The notes under the pieces are model-generated. The model made no database searches, was not told the origin of the DNA, and saw only the letters and a program-made list of their open reading frames with translations. From contig JBAZRK010000002.1 of NCBI GenBank assembly GCA_041663005.1, forward strand, positions 128,740 to 192,739: 64,000 bases of DNA. Direction: 5' to 3'. Positions 45,463 through 53,745 of this stretch are shown piece by piece; the stretch's first letter is position 1; the number at the start of each line of letters is the position of its first letter. A program made the translations under genes and the position numbers. The stretch comes from Minisyncoccota bacterium (GTDB taxonomy: Bacteria > Patescibacteriota > Minisyncoccia > Phycocordibacterales > UBA9973).

Positions 45463-46392
45463 TTACGGGTGCGCTTCCTGCGGCACCTTAACTTCGGCGG
45501 AGAAGCCTCCTTCCCCCGTGACCCGCACCTTTCCGACGCGGGCTGCCCCGTCATTTCCAGCGACGGTGAGCTGCGGCGAACCCGTACCCACACCTGAAGC
45601 ATTCCCGACGATGGCGATCATCCCCGGGGTGAGCGAAGCGGCGGTCCAAGAACATCCTGCGGTGGCCCCAATGACGAGGCTACCGTTGCTCGTGGCCCCC
45701 TTCCACGAGAACTCCGGGGTTTCCGGGGGCACGGAATAGTTGCAGGTCGGCGCCGGGCACGCCGTCTGCGTCACGAGTACCATCTTATTCTCGATGGTGA
45801 TCGAACCGGTGCGGGTCGCACCGGTGGCGTTGTTGGCGACCGTGAACGTCACGGTGCCGTTCGCCGAACCGGTGTGACCCGAGACGATGGTGATCCAGCT
45901 CTCGTGGGACGTTGCCGTCCATGAGCAGCCAGAGTTCGAGCCGACAACGATGCTACCGTTGCCACCGGCGCACTCGAACGCCGGGGTTGAATCCGGCACG
46001 TTGTAGTTACACACCGGCGTCACCGGAGTGACGACGACCGTAACAGAGTCGGCGGTAGAACCGCCGCTACCGGTACAGGTGAGCGTATACGTGCGGGTGG
46101 AAGCGAGAGCGCCAGTGCTCTCACTGCCTGCGGTTGCTTTGACGCCGCTCCAGCCATCGCTGGCCGAGCAGGAGGTCGCGTTGGACGAGGTCCAACGCAA
46201 AACGGTGCTTTCGCCAGCCGCGATGTTGGTCGCGTCGGCGGTCAGGTCGACCGTCGGAGCGGGGGACGGGCATGTGACACAGGGGGGAGGGGTGTCCTTG
46301 CACCCCTTGCATTCCCCGCCGCCACACGCGACGAGGGCGAGAGAGAGGACGATGAGCGCTACCAGCGCCCAGAGAGAAAACGACTTGTTCAT
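45463..46392 (-). CDS. secreted Cys-rich protein with BACON-like beta domains (GC-rich gene)
   Basis: Signal peptide. CGGGECKGCKDTPPPCVTCPSP. One copy of the domain shared with the giant protein (…TVLRWTSSNATSCSASDGWSGV…). Two CSWTA…WITI…GNGTVTFTV…RTG domains. Confidence 0.6.
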   Translation of the reverse strand: MNKSFSLWALVALIVLSLALVACGGGECKGCKDTPPPCVTCPSPAPTVDLTADATNIAAGESTVLRWTSSNATSCSASDGWSGVKATAGSESTGALASTRTYTLTCTGSGGSTADSVTVVVTPVTPVCNYNVPDSTPAFECAGGNGSIVVGSNSGCSWTATSHESWITIVSGHTGSANGTVTFTVANNATGATRTGSITIENKMVLVTQTACPAPTCNYSVPPETPEFSWKGATSNGSLVIGATAGCSWTAASLTPGMIAIVGNASGVGTGSPQLTVAGNDGAARVGKVRVTGEGGFSAEVKVPQEAHP

Positions 46393-47267
46393 GGCTTCTC
46401 CTTGTTCGGCGCCGAAGCGCTTTCGTTGTTGGTTGTTTTCTTGTTGTCAGTGTCGGCGACGACGTTAGCCACGCCGGCAACCGCTGCGCTTGTTGCACCA
46501 CCTACCGCTGCACCGCCAACGACGGTGGTGCAGAGAGCGGGAGTAGCCGCGGCGGTGACACCGCCGGTAGCTACACCGAGGATGACGAGACCTACAACCG
46601 TTCGCGGGCGAAGTCCTGCGCGAAGGAGCACGCGCTCCTTTCCAGGGCATTCCTGCCACACGAACTTTCGAAGAGGGCCGTACGTCTTGATGATTGTACA
46701 CGGTTCTGCCGGGGGGCCTGGTGCTCCCTTGCAGTCAAGGGAATCCCAGACATCGTCACCGTTGATGTCCTCTTCGGGATCGGTTCGGCCGTTCGCGTTG
46801 AGGTCCCAGCAGCTCAACCCCGGAGGTCCAGGCTCTCCCTGTTCTCCGGGGTCGCCTTTCTCGCCCACGATAGGCGGGAACGGGACGAAGCCGTCGAGCT
46901 TGTTGACACACCACCACAAATAATCAAAAGTGTTGGTGCGCCAGTTGTAAGCCATCGGCCTGTCTGTACCGATGCGGACCCACCCCCACCCGTTTTCTGT
47001 CACGCGATCAGGTAACTCCATGTGGACGCAGCCACCTGTGGGGTGGCCACGTTCCACATAGCTGGGCCCCAGCTTGCGGTTCGATTTTAGTGAGGGGTAG
47101 TAAAGCGGCGCATCGTGCGCCGCAATGCACTCCTCCCAGTTGTCCCAGTGGTCTTTCGCCACCGGGGTGTTTTCGTCCGCCCGGGCGTTGCCCTCGCAGA
47201 CGTTGATCGTGACGAGAAAAAACAGAGCGAGCGCGAGATACTGCAGGAACTTCGTCATTTTCCTCAT
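46389..47267 (-). CDS. secreted protein with short collagen-like Gly-X-Y segment and Gly/Ala/Thr-rich C-terminal membrane anchor (GC-rich gene)
   Basis: Signal peptide MTKFLQYLALALFFLV. GEKGDPGEQGEPGPPG. Its stop codon overlaps the downstream ORF's start codon by 4 nt. Confidence 0.55.
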   Translation of the reverse strand: MRKMTKFLQYLALALFFLVTINVCEGNARADENTPVAKDHWDNWEECIAAHDAPLYYPSLKSNRKLGPSYVERGHPTGGCVHMELPDRVTENGWGWVRIGTDRPMAYNWRTNTFDYLWWCVNKLDGFVPFPPIVGEKGDPGEQGEPGPPGLSCWDLNANGRTDPEEDINGDDVWDSLDCKGAPGPPAEPCTIIKTYGPLRKFVWQECPGKERVLLRAGLRPRTVVGLVILGVATGGVTAAATPALCTTVVGGAAVGGATSAAVAGVANVVADTDNKKTTNNESASAPNKEKP

Positions 47268-47548
47268 TCCTTTCCTGTGCGTTAAAACTGATTATTCTGC
47301 TGACAACGATCAAAGACAAACTGCAAACACTCTTCTAGCATAGCCGTAGTTGGGCCACGCTGATTTCCGTCCGTGATTATATCAGGTTTTCTCAAAAAGT
47401 CAAGGTGAGTTATTAACTAAAATTTAATATTCAACAGGGTTAGGGCATTGTGGTCAGGAATAATTTTGTTTTCGTCAAAACAAAATTTTCACGACCCTGC
47501 CTCAGCTGTTTTGTTTCCTAACAAAACATGCTTCCGGCCAGCACAGCT

Positions 47549-47576
47549 AAAAAACCTGCAGTAGTGCAGGTTTTTC
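47549..47576. terminator. bidirectional terminator hairpin
   Basis: AAAAACCTGCAGTAGTGCAGGTTTTT. Confidence 0.65.
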
Positions 47577-47585
47577 TTTACGCTG

Positions 47586-47657
47586 TGCTCCCGGTAGGAA
47601 TCGAACCTACATCACAACCTCCGCAAGGTCGCATCCTATCCATTGAACGACGGGAGC
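47586..47657 (-). tRNA. tRNA-Arg, apparent anticodon GCG (unusual)
   Basis: Cloverleaf: acceptor GCUCCCG/CGGGAGC, T-arm GUAGG-UUCGAUU-CCUAC, anticodon stem CGACC/GGUUG with loop UUGCGGA. The anticodon assignment should be confirmed with tRNAscan-SE. Confidence 0.7.
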
Positions 47658-47696
47658 GGTTCTTTTAGATTAACAGTTTTTATTTAAAAGTCTATT

Positions 47697-48221
47697 TTAA
47701 AACCCGAGCGCTTCCATTATTTTCTCGGAAGGATGCTCCTTCATCTCCACCTCAGCTATTTCCTGGAACGAAAAAATTTCGTGAATTTGTTCCGCGGTTT
47801 CGATGTGAATCGGAATCGAGATGACGGGGATAAAGATACGCTCGGTATGAATGAAGAGCGTAGGGCGAAGGAGGGGCGTCGGGGAGAAATCAGCCTGCAC
47901 CCAGAAAGCCTTGATGCTTTCGTACGGGTAGAGGCGATTTTTAACACGGAGACCCTTGGAGTTAAGTTCATATTCTACGACGTCTGGCTTTTTGACAGCG
48001 AAAAACGCTAGCAGAACACCGGCGAGGATTAGAAGCGCGGCAAAAAAATAATTTTCGAAAATAATTGAAGCTATGGAGCCTGTGACCACAATCACGCCCA
48101 AAGCCCAGAACCAATCACGGCTCCGTTCTTTGTCTTCGTATTCGAGGGCGGACCAGGTTAGGCTTTCAATGGGAGTTTCTCTCTCTTGCATACATAAAGT
48201 ATACCAAGAAATTAAAAGCAA
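47697..48221 (-). CDS. membrane protein, YdbS/bPH_2 (DUF304)-like (two TM + PH-like domain)
   Basis: WFWALGVIVVTGSIASIIF and YFFAALLILAGVLLAFFAV helices followed by a beta-rich domain. Confidence 0.45.
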   Translation of the reverse strand: MLLISWYTLCMQERETPIESLTWSALEYEDKERSRDWFWALGVIVVTGSIASIIFENYFFAALLILAGVLLAFFAVKKPDVVEYELNSKGLRVKNRLYPYESIKAFWVQADFSPTPLLRPTLFIHTERIFIPVISIPIHIETAEQIHEIFSFQEIAEVEMKEHPSEKIMEALGF

Positions 48222-48239
48222 ATACAGTATAAAGGGACT

Positions 48240-49430
48240 TTAGTCTATCGCACCCACTGCATCATCTGCCAAATCTTCCGCATCCTTCGCTAAATCAGCG
48301 GCTTCGTCGTAATTCTCGTCGTCGAATTCATTTTCTGCATCATCCAGTTTGTCATTTGCTTCATCGAGCAAGTCCTCAGCGTCGCTCACGTCCTTGCCGT
48401 CATCATCAGCGTCACTGATTTCATTCTGGGCATCGTCAATAGCATCGCGGGCGTCATCGATAGCTTCTTCGGCGTCGTCTTTCTCGGTGTTATCTCCGAT
48501 AGCATCTACTGCATCATCGGCCAGGTCAGAAGCTTCATCGGCCAGGTCTTCTACGTCTTCATAATTTTCATCATCGAAAGCTTGCTCGGCTTCTTCAAGC
48601 TTGTTCTCAGCTTTCTTGAGTAAAGCTTCAGCTTCTTTCACATCCTCATCGTTATCATCGGCATCCTCAATTTTCTTTTCAGCGGCATCGATATCACGCT
48701 GAGCTTCGTCAATGAAGTCATCGGCTTCAGCCTCAAGTCCTTCACCTCCAGCATCGTCGAAGGCATCTTCAGCATCGTCAAATGCATCATCTGCATAGTC
48801 GAGCGCCTTTACAAAATCCTTTTTACGGAAAAGAGACCTAACCGCATCAATTATATTTTCTTCAGCGTCAGCATAACTGTCATCAGCGGCCGCCTGGTCG
48901 CCCTCGTTGTCATCCATTTGTTCATCCGCCTTGTCCATCATATCGAGCGCTTCCACCAGCCTTTTAATTGCGGCGGTTTCGGCGGCGCTTTTCCCTGAAG
49001 AAGAACTTCTAGCAAGTGCTAGGTCGGCCTTCAGCTGTGCGATTTGGGTATTTAATTGAGCAACCGTAGAACCCGTCGAGGGCGTCCCAGTTTCTGGGGT
49101 TGCAGGCGTGGTCCCGGTGAGAGATAAATATTTCGCTCGAGATTTAGCGCCGAAGTGTCCGTCGGCAGTTAAGCCGCTCGCCGCTTGCCACTTCATCACA
49201 GCTTGCGAGGTAAGTTCTTTGAAGGTATTGGTTTCTTTCCCTTTAGAGCCAGGGCCACTAGAAGAAATGTTGTAGCCGGCACCGTTTAAATATTGCTGGA
49301 GACATCGGACGTCTTCGCCCTCAACATCTTCTTTTAAGTCGCGAGTAAAATTGCAGGTACTAGCACTAGCATTCCAAGCCAAGCAGATTATTGCTAAAAC
49401 GAACAAGCCTTTTAATATATTTTTATTCAT
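48240..49430 (-). CDS. secreted peptidoglycan-binding-domain protein with coiled coil and long acidic tandem repeats
   Basis: Signal peptide. PG_binding_1-like RCLQQYLNGAGYN…ADGHFGAKSRAKYL. About 50-aa acidic repeats (…DDAENEFDDENYDEAADLAKDAEDLADDAVGAID). Confidence 0.7.
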   Translation of the reverse strand: MNKNILKGLFVLAIICLAWNASASTCNFTRDLKEDVEGEDVRCLQQYLNGAGYNISSSGPGSKGKETNTFKELTSQAVMKWQAASGLTADGHFGAKSRAKYLSLTGTTPATPETGTPSTGSTVAQLNTQIAQLKADLALARSSSSGKSAAETAAIKRLVEALDMMDKADEQMDDNEGDQAAADDSYADAEENIIDAVRSLFRKKDFVKALDYADDAFDDAEDAFDDAGGEGLEAEADDFIDEAQRDIDAAEKKIEDADDNDEDVKEAEALLKKAENKLEEAEQAFDDENYEDVEDLADEASDLADDAVDAIGDNTEKDDAEEAIDDARDAIDDAQNEISDADDDGKDVSDAEDLLDEANDKLDDAENEFDDENYDEAADLAKDAEDLADDAVGAID

Positions 49431-49562
49431 ATTATTTATTATTTTAATGACTAATAAAATTAAAACGGAACGTAAAATAGTAAGGAGTGCCTTGCTACAA
49501 ATTTATTATATCACACGGCTCGTACGCTGGCGGAAAAGGGTCATTTTTGGTATAGTTTCCAA

Positions 49563-49799
49563 ATGAGCACATTTGTATATACATTGATTTTAATACTTTT
49601 AACCCTATGGACCATTCCCTGGAAGGTTTATAGTGTTTGGTTAGCGGTAAAAAACGATCATAAGAAATGGTTCATAGTTCTGCTCCTCTTAAACACCGTC
49701 GCGATATTGGAAATTTTCTACATTTTCAAAATCGCGAAAAAGAGCTGGGCGGAAGTGAGCGGAGACTTCGGGCAGGCCTGGAGATCAGCTACGAAATAA
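49563..49799 (+). CDS. small two-TM membrane protein
   Basis: 78 aa. LILILLTLWTIPW and WFIVLLLLNTVAILEIFYIF helices. Confidence 0.4.
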   Translation: MSTFVYTLILILLTLWTIPWKVYSVWLAVKNDHKKWFIVLLLLNTVAILEIFYIFKIAKKSWAEVSGDFGQAWRSATK

Positions 49800-49803
49800 A
49801 CAC

Positions 49804-49891
49804 GGAGGCGTCGCATAGTGGTTTAGTGCACCTGTCTTGAAAACAGGAGTGCCGCAAGGCACCGTGAGTTCGAATCTCACCGCCTCCGCCA
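49804..49891 (+). tRNA. tRNA-Ser (anticodon UGA), type II with long variable arm, CCA encoded
   Basis: GGAGGCG…anticodon loop CUUGAAA…variable arm GUGCCGCAAGGCAC…T-loop GUUCGAAUC…CGCCUCC G CCA. Confidence 0.9.
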
Positions 49892-50292
49892 TGAGATTTT
49901 TAGGAATAGACTACGGCAAGAAACGGATTGGCATTGCCATCTCTGACGAGAATGGAGTTCTTGGTTTTCCGAAAATTATTTTAGACAACGATGAAGGATT
50001 GGGGCGAAAGATTTCCGCTATTATGAAAGATGAAAATATTACCGAGATTGTGATAGGTGAATCGCTCGATTTCGCCGGGAAGCCGAATCAAATATCCGCG
50101 GAGATAGATACTTTCACCCGAGAATTAGAGAAATTTAACTTACCAGTCCACAAGCAGAAAGAATTCCTGACTTCAGTAGAGGCTCGCAAGTTCCATGGCC
50201 CCAAAAGTAGGGCTGACGCTTCGGCAGCAGCCCTAATTCTGCAAAGATTTTTAGACAAGAGAAATATCTCTAGAGAAAAGCCCTCCGAGTGA
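49891..50292 (+). CDS. ruvX: YqgF/RuvX-family Holliday-junction-resolvase-like nuclease (pre-16S rRNA nuclease)
   Basis: MRFLGIDYGKKRIGIAISD N-terminus. The ATG shares its A with the tRNA-Ser CCA end. Confidence 0.8.
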   Translation: MRFLGIDYGKKRIGIAISDENGVLGFPKIILDNDEGLGRKISAIMKDENITEIVIGESLDFAGKPNQISAEIDTFTRELEKFNLPVHKQKEFLTSVEARKFHGPKSRADASAAALILQRFLDKRNISREKPSE

Positions 50293-50329
50293 TAGCGGAG
50301 CGAGCCGGGATGTCGTATAATATTCCTAT

Positions 50330-51421
50330 ATGCTAGGCAACGAACTTAATAGATTTCTGTTCCGATATTTTCCTCCACCTGCATTCCTAATGGCGCCGTC
50401 GTATGGTCTCGATATTTCAGACCAGTCTTTGAAATTTGTGCAGCTTATTCCGACGAAAGACGGGATTAAAGTTGGGCGATACGGAGAGCGGAAGATTCCA
50501 GCAGGGATTATTGAGTCAGGGAAGATTAAAAATTTATCTCGTCTAGAAGAAGTGCTCTTATCTTTGCGGAAAGAGGGGATAAAGTTTGTTCGGGTATCTC
50601 TACCTGAAGAGCAGGTGTATCTCTTCCCTCTACGTCTCGATAAAACCGGACTGAAAAACGTGAGGGAAGGTATAGAGCTTGCACTTGAAGAGCACGTCCC
50701 AATGCCCGCCGCAGAGGCGATATTTGATTATGACTTTGTGCATGAAGACGAGAAAAGTCTCGAAGTTGAGGTGGCAGCAACATCCTCCAACACCATTGAG
50801 AACTATATTTCTGTATTCCGCAATTGTTTTATCTCTGTACAGTCACTAGAGCTTGAAGCGCAGGCCATCGCCCGTGCCGTGGTTAAGAAGGGGGACCCCG
50901 AGACATACATTATCGTGGATTTCGGGCAGACCCGTACCGGAATTTTCATTGTGGCTCGTGGGGTGGTGGTGTTTACCTCTACGCTCGACATTGGCGGAAT
51001 GTCGCTTAATACCGCCATTCAGAAGAGTTTCAATGTGAGTCAACCAGAAGCGGAAAAAATGAAACAAGAGTATGGCCTGGCGCGAAATGCTCTGAATAAA
51101 GAAGTTTTCCCGGTGCTCCTCAACAGCGTGTCCGTTCTTCGAGATGAAATTGTGAAGCACTTCCTATACTGGAACACGCACAAAGACGAAGACGGCAAGC
51201 AACGTCCGCCCATCAAGAAGATAATTCTCTGCGGAGGAGACTCGAACCTGATAGGCTTGGCGGATTATATTTCCCAGAGTATGAAAACTCCAGTGGAGAT
51301 GGCCAATGTTTGGGCGAACATTTCTGACATAGACAAGCATGTCCCCGAAATAAGTATGAGAGAATCGCTCGGTTTTGCCACGGCGCTCGGCTTGGCACTT
51401 GGAGACTTTGACTACGATTAA
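50330..51421 (+). CDS. pilM: type IV pilus assembly protein PilM (actin-like ATPase)
   Basis: GLDISDQSLKFVQL N-terminal motif, ASKHA fold. True start may be the ATG at 50390. Confidence 0.7.
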   Translation: MLGNELNRFLFRYFPPPAFLMAPSYGLDISDQSLKFVQLIPTKDGIKVGRYGERKIPAGIIESGKIKNLSRLEEVLLSLRKEGIKFVRVSLPEEQVYLFPLRLDKTGLKNVREGIELALEEHVPMPAAEAIFDYDFVHEDEKSLEVEVAATSSNTIENYISVFRNCFISVQSLELEAQAIARAVVKKGDPETYIIVDFGQTRTGIFIVARGVVVFTSTLDIGGMSLNTAIQKSFNVSQPEAEKMKQEYGLARNALNKEVFPVLLNSVSVLRDEIVKHFLYWNTHKDEDGKQRPPIKKIILCGGDSNLIGLADYISQSMKTPVEMANVWANISDIDKHVPEISMRESLGFATALGLALGDFDYD

Positions 51422-51423
51422 TT

Positions 51424-51966
51424 ATGATAAATTTAATTCCAAATCACGAAAAGAAAAAGAAAGTAAGGGATTTCTATTTCCGGTTTACTGCGGTGTTGCT
51501 TGCTGTGTTGGGGTTCTGCGGCGTTGCGGGAATCGTTTCTCTATCACCGGCATATTTTCTTTCCGAGATTAAGAAAAATATTGCCAGCACGAGTCTCGAA
51601 ACACAAAAGAATGAACCAGCCACAAACGAAGATAAGAGTTTATCTACCGCTGTGGCTGATTTGAAAAAGAAGCTGACGATAGTAGAGAACTCGAGGAAGG
51701 ACAGATATGAGGTTTCTCGTAAGGTAATCAATGAAGTTACTTTACGCAAAATGCCCGATATAAAAATAACCCACATAATCTATGAAAGGGATACGGACAC
51801 AGGTCCTCAGGTGAATGTCTTAGGCGTGGCTCCTTCTCGCGAACGGCTCCTCCTTTTCCGCAGAGCACTTGAAGACGCGGGGACCTGGAAGGTTGTGGAT
51901 TTGCCGATTTCGAATTTCGTTAAAGGTTCCAATATCGAATTTCACTTAACTCTTACCCCTTCATAA
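51424..51966 (+). CDS. pilN: type IV pilus assembly protein PilN-like (single N-terminal TM)
   Basis: MINLIPNHEKKKK…TAVLLAVLGFCGVAGIVSL. Position after pilM. Confidence 0.6.
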   Translation: MINLIPNHEKKKKVRDFYFRFTAVLLAVLGFCGVAGIVSLSPAYFLSEIKKNIASTSLETQKNEPATNEDKSLSTAVADLKKKLTIVENSRKDRYEVSRKVINEVTLRKMPDIKITHIIYERDTDTGPQVNVLGVAPSRERLLLFRRALEDAGTWKVVDLPISNFVKGSNIEFHLTLTPS

Positions 51967-51967
51967 T

Positions 51968-52498
51968 ATGCAAAATAATCCTAAAAGCTTTAAAAAATTT
52001 AAAAAGGCACCCCTGGTGTTCTCGACCCTCTTTTTGGCTATGGTTGTGCTGGGATTTTGGTTTGTGTCTGGGGAGATTAATCAAAACAAAAAATCAGCCG
52101 AAGTGATGTGGACCGAATGGCAGAAAGAAAATTTACGACGCCACCAAATCCGCGACCTTGAAGTCCTGCTTAGTGAAGCAGAAGCAAAGAGGGCAGAGCT
52201 CGATACGCACTTCGCAGAAAGCTCTAACATTGTGCCGTTTCTCGATACGACCCAAGAATTAGCCAGAAAAGTGGGCGCTGAATCCGAAATAATTTCCGTC
52301 GACAATAGTGCAGAGTCCGGTGGGCTTACGGTAGTTGTGCATGCCACTGGAAGTTTCGAATCGTTGTATAAATTTCTAGAATTGCTCGAACATTCCCCCT
52401 ACGAACTCGAATTTCTTACAGTTGACCTAGGCAGACTTGCGGAAGGCTCCGGGTGGGAGGCGAACTTTAAACTGAGGCTGCTGACCTTTATTCCATAA
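51968..52498 (+). CDS. pilO: PilO-like bitopic protein (TM + coiled coil)
   Basis: TM LVFSTLFLAMVVLGFWFV. Coiled coil. Position in the pilMNO operon. Confidence 0.5.
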   Translation: MQNNPKSFKKFKKAPLVFSTLFLAMVVLGFWFVSGEINQNKKSAEVMWTEWQKENLRRHQIRDLEVLLSEAEAKRAELDTHFAESSNIVPFLDTTQELARKVGAESEIISVDNSAESGGLTVVVHATGSFESLYKFLELLEHSPYELEFLTVDLGRLAEGSGWEANFKLRLLTFIP

Positions 52499-52510
52499 AC
52501 CAAAATAGTT

Positions 52511-52819
52511 ATGAAACTAGAATTATTAAAAAGGAAAAAAATTTTTAAAAAAGGAGGCTTTCATACCAACCCTAACGTGGGCTGGCAGATAATAGTTGTT
52601 GTCGCCGTGGGTATTGTCGCTGCCTTCTTTGCTTCAGGATTTTATCTTTTTATCGAAACTAATAACTCGCTCGAGGCACCAGAATTTGCGGACAAGGAAG
52701 AGGTTAACGTGCGAGAGAGAACAAGACTTGAAAAGGTTATGAATTATTTCTCGGAACAAGAACAGAAATCACTCGAGATAATAAATTCTCCGGCGCAGGT
52801 CGTTGACCCTTCGCGCTAA
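52511..52819 (+). CDS. small single-TM protein at the end of the pilMNO operon (PilP-like?)
   Basis: 102 aa. TM IIVVVAVGIVAAFFASGFYLFI. Confidence 0.35.
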   Translation: MKLELLKRKKIFKKGGFHTNPNVGWQIIVVVAVGIVAAFFASGFYLFIETNNSLEAPEFADKEEVNVRERTRLEKVMNYFSEQEQKSLEIINSPAQVVDPSR

Positions 52820-52825
52820 AAATTC

Positions 52826-52900
52826 TGGTGCCCCCGCGAGGAATCGAACCTCGAATAGCGGCTTAGAAGTCCGCAGTTATATCCATTTAACTACAGGGGC
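52826..52900 (-). tRNA. tRNA-Arg (anticodon UCU), CCA encoded
   Basis: GCCCCUG acceptor. D-arm GUUA/UAAC. Anticodon loop CUUCUAA. T-arm CGAGG-UUCGAUU-CCUCG. One A·G mismatch at the base of the anticodon stem. Confidence 0.8.
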
Positions 52901-52914
52901 ATTGCATAGTAAGG

Positions 52915-52987
52915 TGCGCGCTGAGGGATTCGAACCCCCGACCTTCGCTGTGTAAAAGCGCTGCTCTACCAACTGAGCTAAGCGCGC
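52915..52987 (-). tRNA. tRNA-Val (anticodon UAC)
   Basis: GCGCGCU acceptor. D-arm GCUC-AGUUGGUA-GAGC. Anticodon loop UUUACAC. T-loop GGUUCGAAUCC. Confidence 0.85.
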
Positions 52988-53047
52988 GCGAACACAAAGA
53001 AAGTGTATAGTATTTCGAGCTTTATTTCAATAGCCAAATATTAAACC

Positions 53048-53076
53048 TTGATATAGTATTATACATACGGTATACT
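53048..53076 (+). promoter_or_regulatory. near-consensus sigma70-type promoter (TTGATA-17-TATACT) placed for a leaderless transcript of the 53083 gene
   Basis: -35 at 53048-53053 and -10 at 53071-53076. The ATG at 53083 is 7 nt downstream of the -10. Confidence 0.45.
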
Positions 53077-53082
53077 CTACCT

Positions 53083-53745
53083 ATGAAAGTTATTGAAAAA
53101 GAAGAAGCACGAGTATTGCGTGGGCAGGGTAAGTCCATTAATGAAATAAAAAATATTTTAAAGGTATCGAAAGCTAGCGTGAGTCTATGGGTACGCGATG
53201 TAGTTTTAACAACAAAACAGAAAAATTCTTTATCACAAAATGGTCGCAGTGTTGCATCGGTTGAAAAACGCAGATTAAATAGAATAGCAAGTACAGAAAG
53301 GAAGACAACCTTAACCATTAAACTTGCCAAAAAAGAAATCACAAGCATTCACAAAAATGACCTAAAAATGATAGGAATATCTCTGTATTTGGGAGAAGGT
53401 GGCAAGACAAAGCGGGGAATTGCGCGAATTACGAACAGTGATCCCTGCATTATAAAGATAATGATGAGATTTTTCAGAGAAATATGTTTGGTTCCTGAAA
53501 ATAAATTTCGGGGACATATACATACATTTTCCAAAACAAATATTCGCAACGCTGAAAATTACTGGTCTAAAATATCAGGAATACCAATTAGTCAATTTTA
53601 TAAAACATACATAAAACCGAGCACTGCTGGTAAAAACAAGAGAAATACTTTACCATATGGAACATTAGATGTTTCAGTTAATGATACGCAGTTATTCCTT
53701 AAAATTTTAGGATGGATGGAAAAGTTAAAAGAATTAGCAGTATGA
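53083..53745 (+). CDS. HTH + single-motif LAGLIDADG-like endonuclease-family protein
   Basis: 220 aa. N-terminal HTH (GKSINEIKNILKVSKASVSLWVRD). MIGISLYLGEGGK resembles a LAGLIDADG motif. Adjacent to a tRNA pair. Confidence 0.45.
   Translation: MKVIEKEEARVLRGQGKSINEIKNILKVSKASVSLWVRDVVLTTKQKNSLSQNGRSVASVEKRRLNRIASTERKTTLTIKLAKKEITSIHKNDLKMIGISLYLGEGGKTKRGIARITNSDPCIIKIMMRFFREICLVPENKFRGHIHTFSKTNIRNAENYWSKISGIPISQFYKTYIKPSTAGKNKRNTLPYGTLDVSVNDTQLFLKILGWMEKLKELAV

Noticed and set aside
45500-47350. Many 60-180-aa ORFs on both strands and in several frames (for example 46028-46468 +, 46121-46501 -, 46402-46923 +, 46465-46701 -, 47008-47319 -)
   Set aside because: They arise because the region is GC-rich and therefore stop-codon-poor. 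Their translations are Arg/Pro/Ala-rich low-complexity strings overlapping the two convincing secreted-protein genes.
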